The notes: generated by a model from the letters alone, not told the origin. DNA of 64,000 bases from Candidatus Spongiisociaceae bacterium (GCA_965262915.1 OZ253564.1:4736001-4800000); one strand, 5' to 3'. Shown: positions 10,616-21,723, counted from the first letter of the stretch. Made by a program: numbers and translations.

Positions 10616-11218
10616 TTACACCCCCGGGTTCACGGTCGAGGGCCCCGTGCCCTTCTCGGGCATATCCTCCACGTCCACTTTCCCGGGCCAGGGCTTCACC
10701 TCGCGGCTCAACAACGGGAAACTCTTGCGCAGGGGATGACCCTCGAAGGCGTCGGGAAGGTACAGCTTGGTGAGATCGGGATGGCCGACGAAGTCGATCC
10801 CGAACATCTCCGCCGCTTCCCGCTCGTGCCAGTTGGCGCCGGCGTAAACGTCGGCGATGCTGTCGATCGACGGTGAGTCATGATCGATGTCGGCCGAGAT
10901 GAGCACCAGCCTCCCATCGGCCAGATCCGAGACCGCGCACAGCATCTCGTAGCGTTCCTCCACTGGCTCGCCATGCTCATCCCCCACCGCCACGTCGTTG
11001 GACCAGTCGATGGCCGACAACCACGAGAGGAAGATGAGACCTAGGTCGTCGCGGGCCGCGGTCAGAGCATCCTTCCAGACCGGGGCGGCCACCCTCACCT
11101 TGGCGGTACCGTGAGCCACCTCGGCCCGGCCGCCCACCACGGAAGCGACCGTGGCGGCGAAGTGGCCGAGCGCATCGGCGGTCTCGGGTGCGGCGGTTTC
11201 AGACGGGCCGACGGTCAC
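10616..11218 (-). CDS. nuoC: NADH-quinone oxidoreductase subunit C
   Basis: [26 protein letters not shown]. Confidence 0.93.
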   Translation of the reverse strand: MTVGPSETAAPETADALGHFAATVASVVGGRAEVAHGTAKVRVAAPVWKDALTAARDDLGLIFLSWLSAIDWSNDVAVGDEHGEPVEERYEMLCAVSDLADGRLVLISADIDHDSPSIDSIADVYAGANWHEREAAEMFGIDFVGHPDLTKLYLPDAFEGHPLRKSFPLLSREVKPWPGKVDVEDMPEKGTGPSTVNPGV

Positions 11219-11699
11219 GCTGCTTCCACTTCTCTCGCACATCCTCCTGGCGGATCTTCTCCTGCAGCAGGACGATCCCGTCCATCAGGGCCTCCGGGCG
11301 GGGCGGGCAACCGGGAACGTACACATCGACGGGAATGATCTGATCCACACCCTTGGTCACCGAGTAGGAGTCCCAGTAGGGGCCGCCGCAGTTGGAGCAG
11401 GACCCCATCGAGATCACGTACTTGGGCTCGGGCATCTGCTCGTAGAGACGCTTGATGGCCGGCGCCATCTTGTCGGTGACGGTTCCCGCCACCACCATCA
11501 GGTCGGCCTGTCGCGGGGAGGCGGGGAGGGGAATAATGCCGAAACGCATGAAGTCGTAGCGGGGACCGGAGGCGGCCATCATCTCGATGGCACAACAGGC
11601 CAGGCCGAACTGGAACAACCAGAGCGAGTAGCGGCGCGACCAGTTGAGCAACCAGGAAACCGGCCGCAGACCGCCGAAGCGCTCGGCGACTATGCCCAC
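11199..11699 (-). CDS. nuoB: NADH-quinone oxidoreductase subunit B
   Basis: [23 protein letters not shown]. Confidence 0.95.
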   Translation of the reverse strand: MGIVAERFGGLRPVSWLLNWSRRYSLWLFQFGLACCAIEMMAASGPRYDFMRFGIIPLPASPRQADLMVVAGTVTDKMAPAIKRLYEQMPEPKYVISMGSCSNCGGPYWDSYSVTKGVDQIIPVDVYVPGCPPRPEALMDGIVLLQEKIRQEDVREKWKQRDRRPV

Positions 11700-11733
11700 G
11701 ATCCAACACCCACCGATCTGATCCCCAAGACTC

Positions 11734-12099
11734 TCACTCCCACTTGAGTACCCCCTTGCGAACCGCGTATAGCAGCCCTTCGAGCAAGGTGAGGAGGAAG
11801 ATGACGATGGCGATCACGCCCGGAAGACCCAGCTCCTCGGAAACGATCGCCCAAGGGAAGATGAACACCGCTTCCACGTCGAACACCACGAAGAGCAGCC
11901 CGAAGATGTAATAGCGCACGAAGGTCTGGTTCCAGCCCTCGCCCACCGGGTCGACGCCGCACTCGTAGGTGGTCATCTTCTCCTTGCCGGGATTGGAGGG
12001 ACGGACCAGGAAGGTGAGGCCCAGCGTGAGGGCCACCAGGATAACGCCGAAAGCCGCAAAGGCGGCCACCGCGACGTAGTCCTGGAAGTATTCGCTCAC
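11734..12099 (-). CDS. nuoA: NADH-quinone oxidoreductase subunit A
   Basis: YECG, FVVFDVE.VF.FPW, KGVLKW. Confidence 0.95.
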   Translation of the reverse strand: MSEYFQDYVAVAAFAAFGVILVALTLGLTFLVRPSNPGKEKMTTYECGVDPVGEGWNQTFVRYYIFGLLFVVFDVEAVFIFPWAIVSEELGLPGVIAIVIFLLTLLEGLLYAVRKGVLKWE

Positions 12100-12263
12100 G
12101 GTTGCTCCACCGTCGTTTTCCGGTTGCCTGCCCCGGCTGCTCGGGTCCGGTTCCATACCGCCGCATCCGGGCGGCACCGGGGCACTTTCCGGACCACCCG
12201 AACCATGGCGAGTATAGGTGCCGACCCCGGACCGATGAATTCCGCCGGGCTAGCGTGCGGGGC

Positions 12264-13400
12264 GTGACCGACACATCGGAGCCGCGGACCCCGGACTATT
12301 CGGGGGGATCGCTCAACAACCTGGTGGCCGAGTTGGAATGGCGCCTGACCGGATCCGCCCCGGCGCCCCGACTGCATGCCCGTCTAGCCGAGCAGATCCC
12401 CGAAGCGGCCACCTACGTGCTCTTCCTGATCGACGGGCTCGGCGTCCATCAACTGGGCCATCCGGCGGCCGTCTCGTTGGCCGCCGCCCACCGTGGGACG
12501 ATCGACGCTCCCTTCCCGACCACCACCACCGTGAGCCTCGCCACGGTGGCCACCGGCCTGCCCCCGAGCCAGCACGGCTGGATCGGACACTTCGTCCTGC
12601 TACCCGGCCATCCGAGACCGATCAACTCGCTTAGATGGGTGGACTCAACCGGCCGGGCGGTTCCGTCATACGCGCCCCGCCTCCTCCCCGGACCCAACCT
12701 CTGGGAGAGGCTGGCAATGGCGGGAACGGAGCCGATCACCATCCAGCCGGCCACCTACGCCGACACCCCCTTGACCAAGGCGCTCTACCGGGGATGCCGG
12801 TTCGAGGGGGTGGTCAACACCGGCGACCTGGTCCGGGCCACGGTGGATCTGGCGAGGGAACCCGGCCGGCTGATCTTCACCTATTACCCGGCGGTCGACA
12901 TCGCAGCCCACATGCGGGGATCGGCGAGCCCCGCATATGCTGCCGCCCTCGCCGACGTGGCCGGTGCCTGGGACCGGATCGCCGCCCACCTTCCGGCTCA
13001 CGCCGCCATGGTGGGAACAGCCGACCATGGCGTGGTCGCCATCGCCGAGTCGGGCAAGCACCGGCTGTACGGTCGGGATACACCGGGTCTCACGCTGTTC
13101 GGGGATCCCCGGTCCCTGTACGTCAAGGGTGATGGAGAGTGGATCGAGGAGTTGGGGGCCGGTCTTCCCGCCACGTGGTACCCGAGGGAAAGCCTGGAAG
13201 CTCTGTGGGGATCGGCGGGTGGCCCGAGCACCGCAGGTCGGCCTGCGCCGTTGATCAAACCGGACGGCGCGTTCCTCGCCCACGAAGGCCGTGTGCTTCT
13301 CCCCGGTCATATGGACAGACGCCTGGTCGGGTACCACGGAGGCCTTGACTCTCGCGAGGTAGAGATCCCCGTCCTCGTGGTACCGCCACAGGGCCGATGA
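12264..13400 (+). CDS. Alkaline phosphatase superfamily (nucleotide pyrophosphatase/phosphodiesterase-like) protein
   Basis: LIDGLG, FPTTT, D..AH, TADHG, GYHGG metal-site motifs; start approximate. Confidence 0.85.
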   Translation: MTDTSEPRTPDYSGGSLNNLVAELEWRLTGSAPAPRLHARLAEQIPEAATYVLFLIDGLGVHQLGHPAAVSLAAAHRGTIDAPFPTTTTVSLATVATGLPPSQHGWIGHFVLLPGHPRPINSLRWVDSTGRAVPSYAPRLLPGPNLWERLAMAGTEPITIQPATYADTPLTKALYRGCRFEGVVNTGDLVRATVDLAREPGRLIFTYYPAVDIAAHMRGSASPAYAAALADVAGAWDRIAAHLPAHAAMVGTADHGVVAIAESGKHRLYGRDTPGLTLFGDPRSLYVKGDGEWIEELGAGLPATWYPRESLEALWGSAGGPSTAGRPAPLIKPDGAFLAHEGRVLLPGHMDRRLVGYHGGLDSREVEIPVLVVPPQGR

Positions 13401-13600
13401 GGAGCATCCGGCGGGATCGAACGGTCATCATCCGGAAAAGTGCCTAGGAGGGTGGTGTGGAACCCCTTCACGGCCCGTCGACCGATGACATAATGCCTGT
13501 TCAGAGGAAGACGGGTCGTTGCTCCCCACCGTTTTAGACCACCCTCCTCGGGCAGGAGTTGGCTCCGGCTAACCTCCTGACCAGGCGAAAGGACGCTGTC

Positions 13601-14113
13601 TTGGATGTTTCCGATCTCGCTTTGTTGATCCTTCGTATGTGGATCGGGGTGGTCATGTTCGTTCACGGCGCCAATCATGCCCGCACCGCCGCAGGGACCG
13701 GCCGCTGGCTCAAACGGGTCGGATGGCGAGCCCCCCGGTTTCAAGCGTGGCTGTTGTCCATAGTCGAAATCGCAATAGGTGTCGGGCTGGTCCTCGGCTT
13801 GATGACTACCCCCGCGGCGGCCGGTACCGTAGCCATCGTGCTGGTCGCCTTCCTTACGGAACACCTGCGCAACGGCTTCTTCATATTCAACAAGGGCCAA
13901 GGTTACGAGTACGTGGTCACGTTGGCCGCCGCAGGCTCGGCGCTGGCCCTCCTCGGTGCCGGTGAGTGGTCGTTGGACATGGTTCTCGACATCAACCTGA
14001 GCGGCGTCAGCCGAAGCCAGATCCTCTTGGCTGTCATGGGCCTCGGAATAGTCCACGTAGCCGCCTCCTGGCGGCCCGGCCTGATCGGAGAGGGCGCTAC
14101 CAAATCCGGGTAA
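13601..14113 (+). CDS. DoxX family membrane protein
   Basis: LILR..IG..MF.HG, GYEY, GAGEWSLD. Confidence 0.88.
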   Translation: MDVSDLALLILRMWIGVVMFVHGANHARTAAGTGRWLKRVGWRAPRFQAWLLSIVEIAIGVGLVLGLMTTPAAAGTVAIVLVAFLTEHLRNGFFIFNKGQGYEYVVTLAAAGSALALLGAGEWSLDMVLDINLSGVSRSQILLAVMGLGIVHVAASWRPGLIGEGATKSG

Positions 14114-14236
14114 TGAGTAGCCGGTAGCTCGGTCCGCCTACGGGACCCGCACGCCGAAGATGCCCGCCGATAGGCGGCTACTCCCAGGGACGCGCGCCGA
14201 CAGCCGTTTGCAACCTCGCGAAACTCTTTCCGAGCA

Positions 14237-14454
14237 AGGGGGTTGACGCTGTCATATCCGTGCCGCATAGTGAGTAACGCCAAACACCGGAGCAGGTTCG
14301 AACAGGCGTCACTCGACCGCTCAAGGGATCATCTTCTCGGAACGAGTCGCCCCTACCGGTGCGGAAGTGGAGCGCGTTCGGAGCCCAGGAAAGGTGGCGG
14401 TGGGGGAGGGCCCAGCGGGGTGGCCCTTTAGGGCGAATTTCGCGACCTGGCACC
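14237..14454 (+). repeat. 218-bp promoter-bearing element, copy 1 (function unknown)
   Basis: Colinear with 21841-22058; TTGACG-N17-CATAGT; 20-bp identical block at 14381-14400. Confidence 0.85.
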
Positions 14455-14548
14455 TGGCGGTTCATGGTCCACAGAGGACGTCCATATCCCCGCATCCCGA
14501 GAGCGGCAACGAGGAACCTTCGACCGGCAACCGGTCAATAGTCATTGA

Positions 14549-15964
14549 TCACCGACACAGGGGCTCGTACCGCACTCCCCGGTCCGAGAGCCGCTCCAGG
14601 ACCATCTCAAGGCCTCGGACGGTCTGGGCGCGGTTGCCGCCACCGTCGTGCATCAGCACGATCGACCCGTCGGTGACCTGAGACACGATACGGTCGGCGA
14701 TCTCCGCAGCGTTGAGACCCAGCCAGTCGTTGGCGCTGACCGACCACAGATACACTTCCAGCCCGTGTTCGGCCGCCCACTCCCGGGTGTGTTTCCCGGT
14801 GGCCGCGTAGGGAGGTCGCAGGCACGGGGTGGCGTGTTCGCCGAGGATCTCCTGGGTCCGGCTGATCGTCCGGTCGAACTCCTCCCGGGACAGTTTAGCG
14901 AGGTTCTCGTGCCCCCAGGTGTGATTGGCCACGGTATGGCCCTCCGAGACGATCCTCTCGAAGAGATCCGGGTGGCGCTCCACGAGCGACCCGAGGACGA
15001 AGAAGGTGGCCCGGGCACCATGGCGGGCGAGGATGTCGAGTACCTGGGGCGTGTTGGAGGGGTGGGGACCGTCGTCGAACGTCAGGTAAACGATGTCTCC
15101 GGACTCGATGCCGGATCTGGCAGGCGCCGCAACGGGTCGGGGCTTCTCCGGTTCGGGTTCGGGTTCGGGTTCGGGTGACACGACCCGAATGGTCAGCCCG
15201 TAATCGCTGAAGTCCTCGTCCGAGGAGACCACGCTCACCCGCCAGGCACCACCGGAGGGCAGGGCCGCTTCCACGCGCTGCTGCTGCTCGGCCTCCGAGA
15301 GGATCACATCGTCGCCCAGCCACACTTCGAGCCACACGCCCGGACGTGCGTCGAGCGTGGCCGTGAACCTCTGTCCGGCCGCGGCCTCGACCGCGTAGAC
15401 CTGCGGGCGCTGAGGCCCTACGGTTCCCGTCACGACGGCGCGGATCTCTCCGCCGTCGAACCGCACATCGATGTCGGGCCGGTAGGGGCCCGACAGCAGG
15501 ATGTTGTTGTCCGGTGTCGGGGTCGCCATCCCCGGCTCGGGCGCATTGGTCTGGGTGTCCGGCTCCTGCTCGGGGGACGACGTGGGGAGTTCCTCCTCAA
15601 TGCCGGACTCCTCGCTACCGGACCGACTAGCGGAGGGCGGTGCCTCGACATCCTCTACCGGGTCGGGACCCCGCGCCCCGACATCCCCGTCACCAGCAGG
15701 TTCGGTGGCATCCCGGGCGGCGGCCTCCCGAACCGTGGTGGAACTCCCCGAAGTTCCACCGTCAGGCTGCGGCGTCGTATCACTCCCGGGCAGGGTGGTC
15801 CCGGTGGCGCCGTCGACCTCCTCGACGACCGTGGCGGAGACGGAGGAAGTCGGAGACGGTTCGGATCGGTCCTCGCCCGGTGCTGAACACGCAGCTACGG
15901 ATACGAGCGCCGCAAGGACGAGGAGATACGGCGCCCCCCGGTGGCGAATCACCGAGGCGCGCAC
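14549..15964 (-). CDS. Polysaccharide deacetylase (NodB-type) lipoprotein
   Basis: Lipobox VAAC, low-complexity linker, (PE)n repeat, YLTFDDGP, NHTWGH, RPPY, LMHDGGG. Confidence 0.9.
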   Translation of the reverse strand: MRASVIRHRGAPYLLVLAALVSVAACSAPGEDRSEPSPTSSVSATVVEEVDGATGTTLPGSDTTPQPDGGTSGSSTTVREAAARDATEPAGDGDVGARGPDPVEDVEAPPSASRSGSEESGIEEELPTSSPEQEPDTQTNAPEPGMATPTPDNNILLSGPYRPDIDVRFDGGEIRAVVTGTVGPQRPQVYAVEAAAGQRFTATLDARPGVWLEVWLGDDVILSEAEQQQRVEAALPSGGAWRVSVVSSDEDFSDYGLTIRVVSPEPEPEPEPEKPRPVAAPARSGIESGDIVYLTFDDGPHPSNTPQVLDILARHGARATFFVLGSLVERHPDLFERIVSEGHTVANHTWGHENLAKLSREEFDRTISRTQEILGEHATPCLRPPYAATGKHTREWAAEHGLEVYLWSVSANDWLGLNAAEIADRIVSQVTDGSIVLMHDGGGNRAQTVRGLEMVLERLSDRGVRYEPLCR

Positions 15965-16191
15965 CCTACGAAGGGCTCATCCGAACCGGGGCTCCAAGGA
16001 ATGGGCATGACCACCCTCAAGATATCGAAGCCGAGGATATAGCCGGGAGCACACCTGAAGGGGGATCTTTGATACCGAATCGGTCGCCGGACCGGAGGTC
16101 ACCTCCAAGGTGGCTGTCGGCCGGAACGCGGCCGGACTCGGAGAGCTCGGTTTCTTCAGCGAACGATGGCCGACGCACCGGATCGGTTGAC

Positions 16192-17157
16192 CTACGGTTC
16201 GATCAATACCTTGCCGGTGGTGGCCCGGCCTTCGAGCGCCCGGTGGGCGTCGGCGGCTGCTTCGAGGGGATACCGAGCGCCGATCCGCACCTCCAGACCG
16301 TCCGCTATCGAGGCGAAGAGTTGCTCGGACATCGCCAGCAGGGAATCGCGGGAAGCCACATGGTCGAACAAGGTGGGCCGCGTGAAGAACAGGGACCCGT
16401 TGGCGCTCAGGACCAGCGGGTCGACCGGATCCACGGCCCCAGAGGCATTCCCGAACGCCACCATCAGACCGAAACGGCGGAGGAGGCCGAACCCGGCCGA
16501 TACGGTGGCCCTTCCGACCCCGTCGTAGATCACGTCCAGGGGTCGCTCGCCGCCGATCTCCTGGACCCGTTCGGCGAAGTCCTCCCGGCTGTAGACGATC
16601 ACGTGATCCGCTCCGGCAGCCCTGGAGATCTCGGCCTTGGCGTCGTTCCCGACCGTGGTGTATACCGTAGCGCCCAACCGCTTGGCCATCTGGGTTAGCA
16701 GCAGGCCCACACCCCCGGCGCCGGCATGGACCAGGCACGCCGATCCGGCCTCCAGCCGGTAGGTCTCGGTCGCCAGGTAGAGGGCGGTGAGTCCCTGGAG
16801 CATCGATGCCGATGCCGTGTCGAGAGATACATTCTCGGGAACCGGGACCAGTTGGTCGGCGGGAACCACCGCCCGCTCGGCATAGGCGCCCAGTACCGAA
16901 CAGAAGGCCACCCGGTCCCCCGTCGACAGACCGGCGACCGAGGACCCGACCGATGCGACCGTACCGGCCGCCTCAAGTCCGGGTGTGAACGGCATCCCGG
17001 CCGGGTAGAGGCCGGTCCGGTGATAGGTGTCGATGAAGTTCAGCCCGGCCGCCCCCAGCTCAACAAGGACCTCGCCGGGTCCGGGTACCGGCTCATCGAC
17101 TTCTTCGACCACCAGAACCTCGGGACCGCCCAATCGGCGGATCACGACAGCACGCAT
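16192..17157 (-). CDS. NADPH:quinone oxidoreductase (zeta-crystallin family)
   Basis: GLNFIDTY.R.GLY, HAGAGGVG, YDGVG, TTGKVL. Confidence 0.92.
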   Translation of the reverse strand: MRAVVIRRLGGPEVLVVEEVDEPVPGPGEVLVELGAAGLNFIDTYHRTGLYPAGMPFTPGLEAAGTVASVGSSVAGLSTGDRVAFCSVLGAYAERAVVPADQLVPVPENVSLDTASASMLQGLTALYLATETYRLEAGSACLVHAGAGGVGLLLTQMAKRLGATVYTTVGNDAKAEISRAAGADHVIVYSREDFAERVQEIGGERPLDVIYDGVGRATVSAGFGLLRRFGLMVAFGNASGAVDPVDPLVLSANGSLFFTRPTLFDHVASRDSLLAMSEQLFASIADGLEVRIGARYPLEAAADAHRALEGRATTGKVLIEP

Positions 17158-17421
17158 CGACCTACCTCCTCGGATCGTGGCTCCTCCAGCAGTACGTTAC
17201 TCAGCGGAGGCGCGCATTCGGCAAGTGTGACACTGTCTCCAATGCTCGTGACGGTCTGGGCAGCACGCGGTATCTAGGGCCGCTGGATCACAAACTCCGA
17301 ACCATTCGCCTACCGACACGGTCGTTGGCAATCATCGCAAGGCACACCATTTCAAGCTGCTCCTAGGGATTCCGCGACATCGAGAAGTCCTTGTGGCATC
17401 ACGGTTTTCGGTCGCTGATCG

Positions 17422-17757
17422 CTACGCCGAGGGTACCTTCGCACCCATCTGGTGGGCCGGGTCCCGCAACTCCTCGGGAGTCCGGAACAAACAAGTCGCC
17501 CACAGATCTTCACCGAATTCGGCGATGAACCGATCAGCGACCATATCTCTGTAGCGGTAGATCTCGTCCAGCGGCCATCCATCATGACCGTCTCCGTGGG
17601 GAGGTAGTTCAACGACAGGTAGGGCCACCCACCCGTCCAAGTCGCCGGGAGTGGGAATGATTCGCAAATATCGGATACGCGCCGGATCACCCATACGCGC
17701 CAGCTCTTCGTTGATGCGAATGAGAAGGCTCTCACTCTTCTGACGGAGGTTCATCAC
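17422..17757 (-). CDS. Hypothetical protein
   Basis: Lower-GC ORF with globular-looking composition and an AT-rich upstream region; no family recognised; start uncertain. Confidence 0.55.
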   Translation of the reverse strand: MMNLRQKSESLLIRINEELARMGDPARIRYLRIIPTPGDLDGWVALPVVELPPHGDGHDGWPLDEIYRYRDMVADRFIAEFGEDLWATCLFRTPEELRDPAHQMGAKVPSA

Positions 17758-17835
17758 ACCGAGTCTAGCCCGAGTCTCGGCGCGGGGATGCTTAGATAGC
17801 AAACTATTCTCGTTGGTTTCAATATAAAGTAATCA

Positions 17836-18912
17836 TCAACGTTTGGCAACAGCAGACAGAGCGGCGTCGAAGCGCCGGGCTACGGCCCCCCACGAATAGT
17901 GATCGACAGCATGGGCTCGGGCTGCCATACCCATCGCCGCCCGCCGGTCGAGGATCAGACGGACGGCTTCGACGATGCCATCCACCGAACCGGCTACGTA
18001 GCCGGTCACACCGGGTACCACCGTCTCGGGGGCGCCGCCGGACGTCCCCGCTATCACGGGGATCCCGGAGGCAGAGGCTTCGAGGTACACGATGCCCAGA
18101 CCCTCGGCCTCCAATCCCAGCCAGCGGGACCGGACCGGCATGACGAACACGTCACAGGAGCGGTACAGAGTGGGCATTTCCTCCCATGGCACGTCGGACT
18201 CCACCCGGACCGGAACCACGGCTCGCGCCGCCCGCCGCCTGATGCGAGCCTCGAGGCGTCCCTTGCCTGCCAGCAGCACCTCCACGGGCAACCCTCCGGC
18301 CTGGAGCCGTTCGGCTGCGGCCAGCACCCGCAGGTGGCCCTTGCGGGGAACGAACCGGGAGATGCAACCGATGACAAGCCGCTCCGCCTCCGCACCGCCG
18401 GATCGGCGCTCTACGGGATGGAACAGCGCCAGATCGACTCCGGCCCCGAGCACCCTGGCCTCCGCCGCCCCCATCGCCGTCACCTTGCGGGCGGTGAAGG
18501 CGGAGACGGTCAACACGAGGGAGGCGCGACGGAAGGTCCGGCCCAACACCTGGCGCAGCACCGGCGCTGCACCGGGCAGGGTCACCTCCGCCCCGTGGGC
18601 CATCACCACGTAGGGGATGCCGGACTCCGCAGCCAGCCTGGGACCGAGTTGGGCGAGCGGGTGGGGCGCTCCGAACACCACCACGTCGGGGTCGAAGTCT
18701 CCGATGTGGTGGCCGATCCGGTGGTAGGTCCTGCGGGTGGGGAGCATGAATGAGACCCCGGCCCGGACGACGCCCGGATCGGACGGTGCACCGGGGTGGT
18801 TCGGCGCCATCACCCGAAAGCGAACCGCCGAGTGACCGACCAGGTTCGAAAGATACTGCTGTATCCCGCCCGGCTTGGGGGGATAATCGTTGGTCACCAG
18901 CAACGCCCGCAT
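17836..18912 (-). CDS. GT4 glycosyltransferase (PimB-like)
   Basis: LVTNDYPP..GGIQ, PRKG, EGLGIVYLEA. Confidence 0.9.
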   Translation of the reverse strand: MRALLVTNDYPPKPGGIQQYLSNLVGHSAVRFRVMAPNHPGAPSDPGVVRAGVSFMLPTRRTYHRIGHHIGDFDPDVVVFGAPHPLAQLGPRLAAESGIPYVVMAHGAEVTLPGAAPVLRQVLGRTFRRASLVLTVSAFTARKVTAMGAAEARVLGAGVDLALFHPVERRSGGAEAERLVIGCISRFVPRKGHLRVLAAAERLQAGGLPVEVLLAGKGRLEARIRRRAARAVVPVRVESDVPWEEMPTLYRSCDVFVMPVRSRWLGLEAEGLGIVYLEASASGIPVIAGTSGGAPETVVPGVTGYVAGSVDGIVEAVRLILDRRAAMGMAARAHAVDHYSWGAVARRFDAALSAVAKR

Positions 18913-19036
18913 GGATATTGACGGTACCTCGAAACGGAGATGCCGATGAACCTGGTGTGGCCGGCCGGGCCCCGGCCGGGTTATGGGGGTTCCTCCCCCG
19001 TGCTGTCACCGGCGAGCTATTACGATCACTCCCAGG

Positions 19037-20119
19037 ATGAGACGGCCCCCGATACGTGTGCTCGACGCAATCGGAACACCGACGGCCATGGGACATGTCC
19101 ACGGGGCGACCCACGCCACCGAGATCTGCACCTACACCGACGAACGTATCGATCTGGTGATGTCGGGTCTCTGGAGCGGTGTGCCCGTCTCCCGGGGAGA
19201 GGTGCTGGAACTGGCGGAGTCGTGCCTGGCGGTCCACCGGCGCCAGTCGGCTCCTCTCTACGAGGAGATGGAGGCTATGGCCGCCGGGGCCGGGATCACC
19301 ATGGCCGAGGCAGTGGTGGTAGGCGGCTTCACCGACTTCGTCGACACCGTGCGGGCCGAGATAGGCGGCGACCACCCCGACCACGTGATCGAGGACACCT
19401 GCACCGCCTTCATCGTTCCCGATGCTCGGGCCGATGGCGCCGGCCTCTTCGGGCAGACCTGGGACATGCACGCGTCGGCCACCGACCATGTGATCCTCCT
19501 GCGCACCAAACCCCAAGACGGACCCGCGGCACTCATCTTTACGACCACGGGTTGTCTGGGCCAGATCGGGATGAACGAACTCGGTGTGTGCGTGGGTATC
19601 AACAACCTGACCGGGGTCGACGGCGGAATCGGTGTCACCTGGCCGACGGTGGTACGCCAAGCCCTTCTGGCAGAGACCGCGGCGGGGGCCAGGGACGTGA
19701 TCCTGGGGGCCGAACTCGCCGGAGCGCACAACTACATGGTCTTCGATGAGGAGGGCAACGGTTTCAACATCGAGGCGATGCCGACGGTGCGGCCCGTCAC
19801 CCCGCTCCGCTCGCACGCGTTGGTGCACACCAACCACACCACCACCGAAGCCACCGATGCCGTCGAGGGCGAGCGGCCGCCCGATCTCCACGACAACTCC
19901 CGTAGGAGAATGCGCACCGCCATGGATCATCTCGACCGCGACGACCTGACGGTCGAAGACCTCATGGAACTCACGCAGGACCAGGTCTGCCAGGTAGCCG
20001 AGCCCCCGTACCACGTGGAGACATCGGGCGCCACGGTCATGCGCCCCAGAGCCCGCGAGTTCTGGGCGGTCTGGGGTTTGCCCAGCATGAACGACTACGT
20101 CAAGATCGACTTCCTGTGA
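19037..20119 (+). CDS. C45 family autoproteolytic acyltransferase/peptidase
   Basis: CTAF nucleophile, GQTWD, GMNE.G, HTNH. Confidence 0.88.
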   Translation: MRRPPIRVLDAIGTPTAMGHVHGATHATEICTYTDERIDLVMSGLWSGVPVSRGEVLELAESCLAVHRRQSAPLYEEMEAMAAGAGITMAEAVVVGGFTDFVDTVRAEIGGDHPDHVIEDTCTAFIVPDARADGAGLFGQTWDMHASATDHVILLRTKPQDGPAALIFTTTGCLGQIGMNELGVCVGINNLTGVDGGIGVTWPTVVRQALLAETAAGARDVILGAELAGAHNYMVFDEEGNGFNIEAMPTVRPVTPLRSHALVHTNHTTTEATDAVEGERPPDLHDNSRRRMRTAMDHLDRDDLTVEDLMELTQDQVCQVAEPPYHVETSGATVMRPRAREFWAVWGLPSMNDYVKIDFL

Positions 20120-20472
20120 GCACTCGCCGATAGACCACAAGTTCCGAGAGACAGCCCGTGAGAGGCGGTGTCCGGGGACCGGCGCGCCTCAACTCGACCG
20201 GGTTACCAACCACGCTTCGAGTGGACCGGACCCGGAGGATGGGCGTCCAGCAGCCTGCCACGCCCACCACGATCGCCATGACCACAACGATCGACAGCCG
20301 GCCGGAGGGAGAGTCCGGATAGTTCATCGAAGCCCATGGGCAACGCTGGGCCGCCGGCGCCCGAACCGGTTCCCCCCGGAGGGGGACTTCACCTTCCGGG
20401 GGCGGCCGGGCCAGTCCAAGTGGGTCGAGCCGGTGTCCGGAGAGGCGCCCCGATCCTCGACCTGGGGCCTGA

Positions 20473-21723
20473 CTACCTCTGAGGACCGGGTCGGCCGAGG
20501 AGTGATCCCTGGCCGCTGGATCCGGGATCGGTCGGTGGGCCGAGCCTGATGGCTGAGGGCCCGGCCCGCACGGGTACCGACCTTTCCAGTTCGGCCCGGA
20601 CGAGCGGGTCGTCCGGATCCTCCAGCGCGCCCAGGTCCAAGCCCAGGCGGCGGGCGCACCAGACCGCGTGGGCAGAAACGATCGGGTCCGGGTCGGCCAG
20701 CGCTCGATCGACAGCCGCCCGCACCCGGGGGTCGGAGGGCTTGCCAACGTTGCCGAGCGCCACCAGCGCGTTGCGCCTCAGGTAGCGGGGTTGGCGCCGC
20801 GGTATGTACCACCGTCCGAACCGGGCCAGCAACTCATCGTCGGAGGCGTCGAGCATGTCCAGCAACGACACCCGGGCCCTATCCTGCCCGACCCTGTTCC
20901 CGTCGTGTCCGGCGTGCGACCGGGTCTCGGTGCCCCGTCGGCGTCGGGCTCGGTGGCGGGTTTCGAGTCGTATCCGAACCCGGTTGGGAGGGCACACGTC
21001 GGCACAGTCGTCGCAGCCGTAGATCCGATCACCCAGCGCCACCCGGTAGTCGGGGTCGAACACACCCGTGGCTTGGACGAGCCACGCGAGGCAGCGGCGG
21101 GCGTCCACCGTGCCGGGAGCGATGATGGCCCCTGTCGGGCAGCCGTCCAGGCACCGGTGGCACGATCCACAACCGTCCGCCACCGGATCGGGATCGCTGT
21201 CGCAGAGCGCGGCATCGGTGACCACGGCGCCGAGCACCACGAGGCTGCCCGCGCCCGGCACCAGGATGTTGGAGCTCTTGCCCCACCATCCGATGCCGGC
21301 CCGGTGAGCCGCGGCCCGGTCCACCAAGTGGTTCTCGTCGGCCACGACCACCGCACGGTGTCCCGCGGAGCGAAGGGGTTCGGCCACCGCCTCGAGCGCA
21401 GCGCGCAGCGCGGCGTAGTGGTCGGCTCGGGCATACGCCGCGACCCGGCCGTAGGGACGCCCGTCGTGGAGAGGTTCCGGCTCTCCCCGCCAGAAGTCGA
21501 GGGCGCCCACGACCAGGCTGGCCGTACTCGGCAGGATGCGGGTCGGGTCGGTGGAGCGCTCCGGGTTGCGGTAGGTGAACTGCATACCGGCATGCAGTCC
21601 CTCCTGCTTGCGCTCCCGGAGGACTCGTCTCGTGTCGGAGAAGGGCTCGGCGAGGCACACACCGACCGCGCACAGCCCGGCGCGGCGACCGATGTCGATC
21701 AGCATGTCGGCGGTGACGGTCAC
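20473..21723 (-). CDS. queG: Epoxyqueuosine reductase
   Basis: YARADHY, CGSC.RCLD.CPT.A, IYGCDDC..VCP.N, RRNALVALGN. Confidence 0.92.
   Translation of the reverse strand: MTVTADMLIDIGRRAGLCAVGVCLAEPFSDTRRVLRERKQEGLHAGMQFTYRNPERSTDPTRILPSTASLVVGALDFWRGEPEPLHDGRPYGRVAAYARADHYAALRAALEAVAEPLRSAGHRAVVVADENHLVDRAAAHRAGIGWWGKSSNILVPGAGSLVVLGAVVTDAALCDSDPDPVADGCGSCHRCLDGCPTGAIIAPGTVDARRCLAWLVQATGVFDPDYRVALGDRIYGCDDCADVCPPNRVRIRLETRHRARRRRGTETRSHAGHDGNRVGQDRARVSLLDMLDASDDELLARFGRWYIPRRQPRYLRRNALVALGNVGKPSDPRVRAAVDRALADPDPIVSAHAVWCARRLGLDLGALEDPDDPLVRAELERSVPVRAGPSAIRLGPPTDPGSSGQGSLLGRPGPQR

Noticed and set aside
14237-14454. Known riboswitch (cobalamin, c-di-AMP, SAM) as the identity of the repeated element
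   Set aside because: Core consensus motifs not found by eye, and no co-oriented gene lies downstream.
15148-15176. GGGTTC hexamer repeat as a phase-variation site
   Set aside because: In-frame Pro-Glu linker; unit changes would not shift the frame.
20100-20327. Lipoprotein with signal peptide ending VAGC
   Set aside because: The sequence after the Cys is not protein-like and overlaps the neighbouring gene; at most a remnant.
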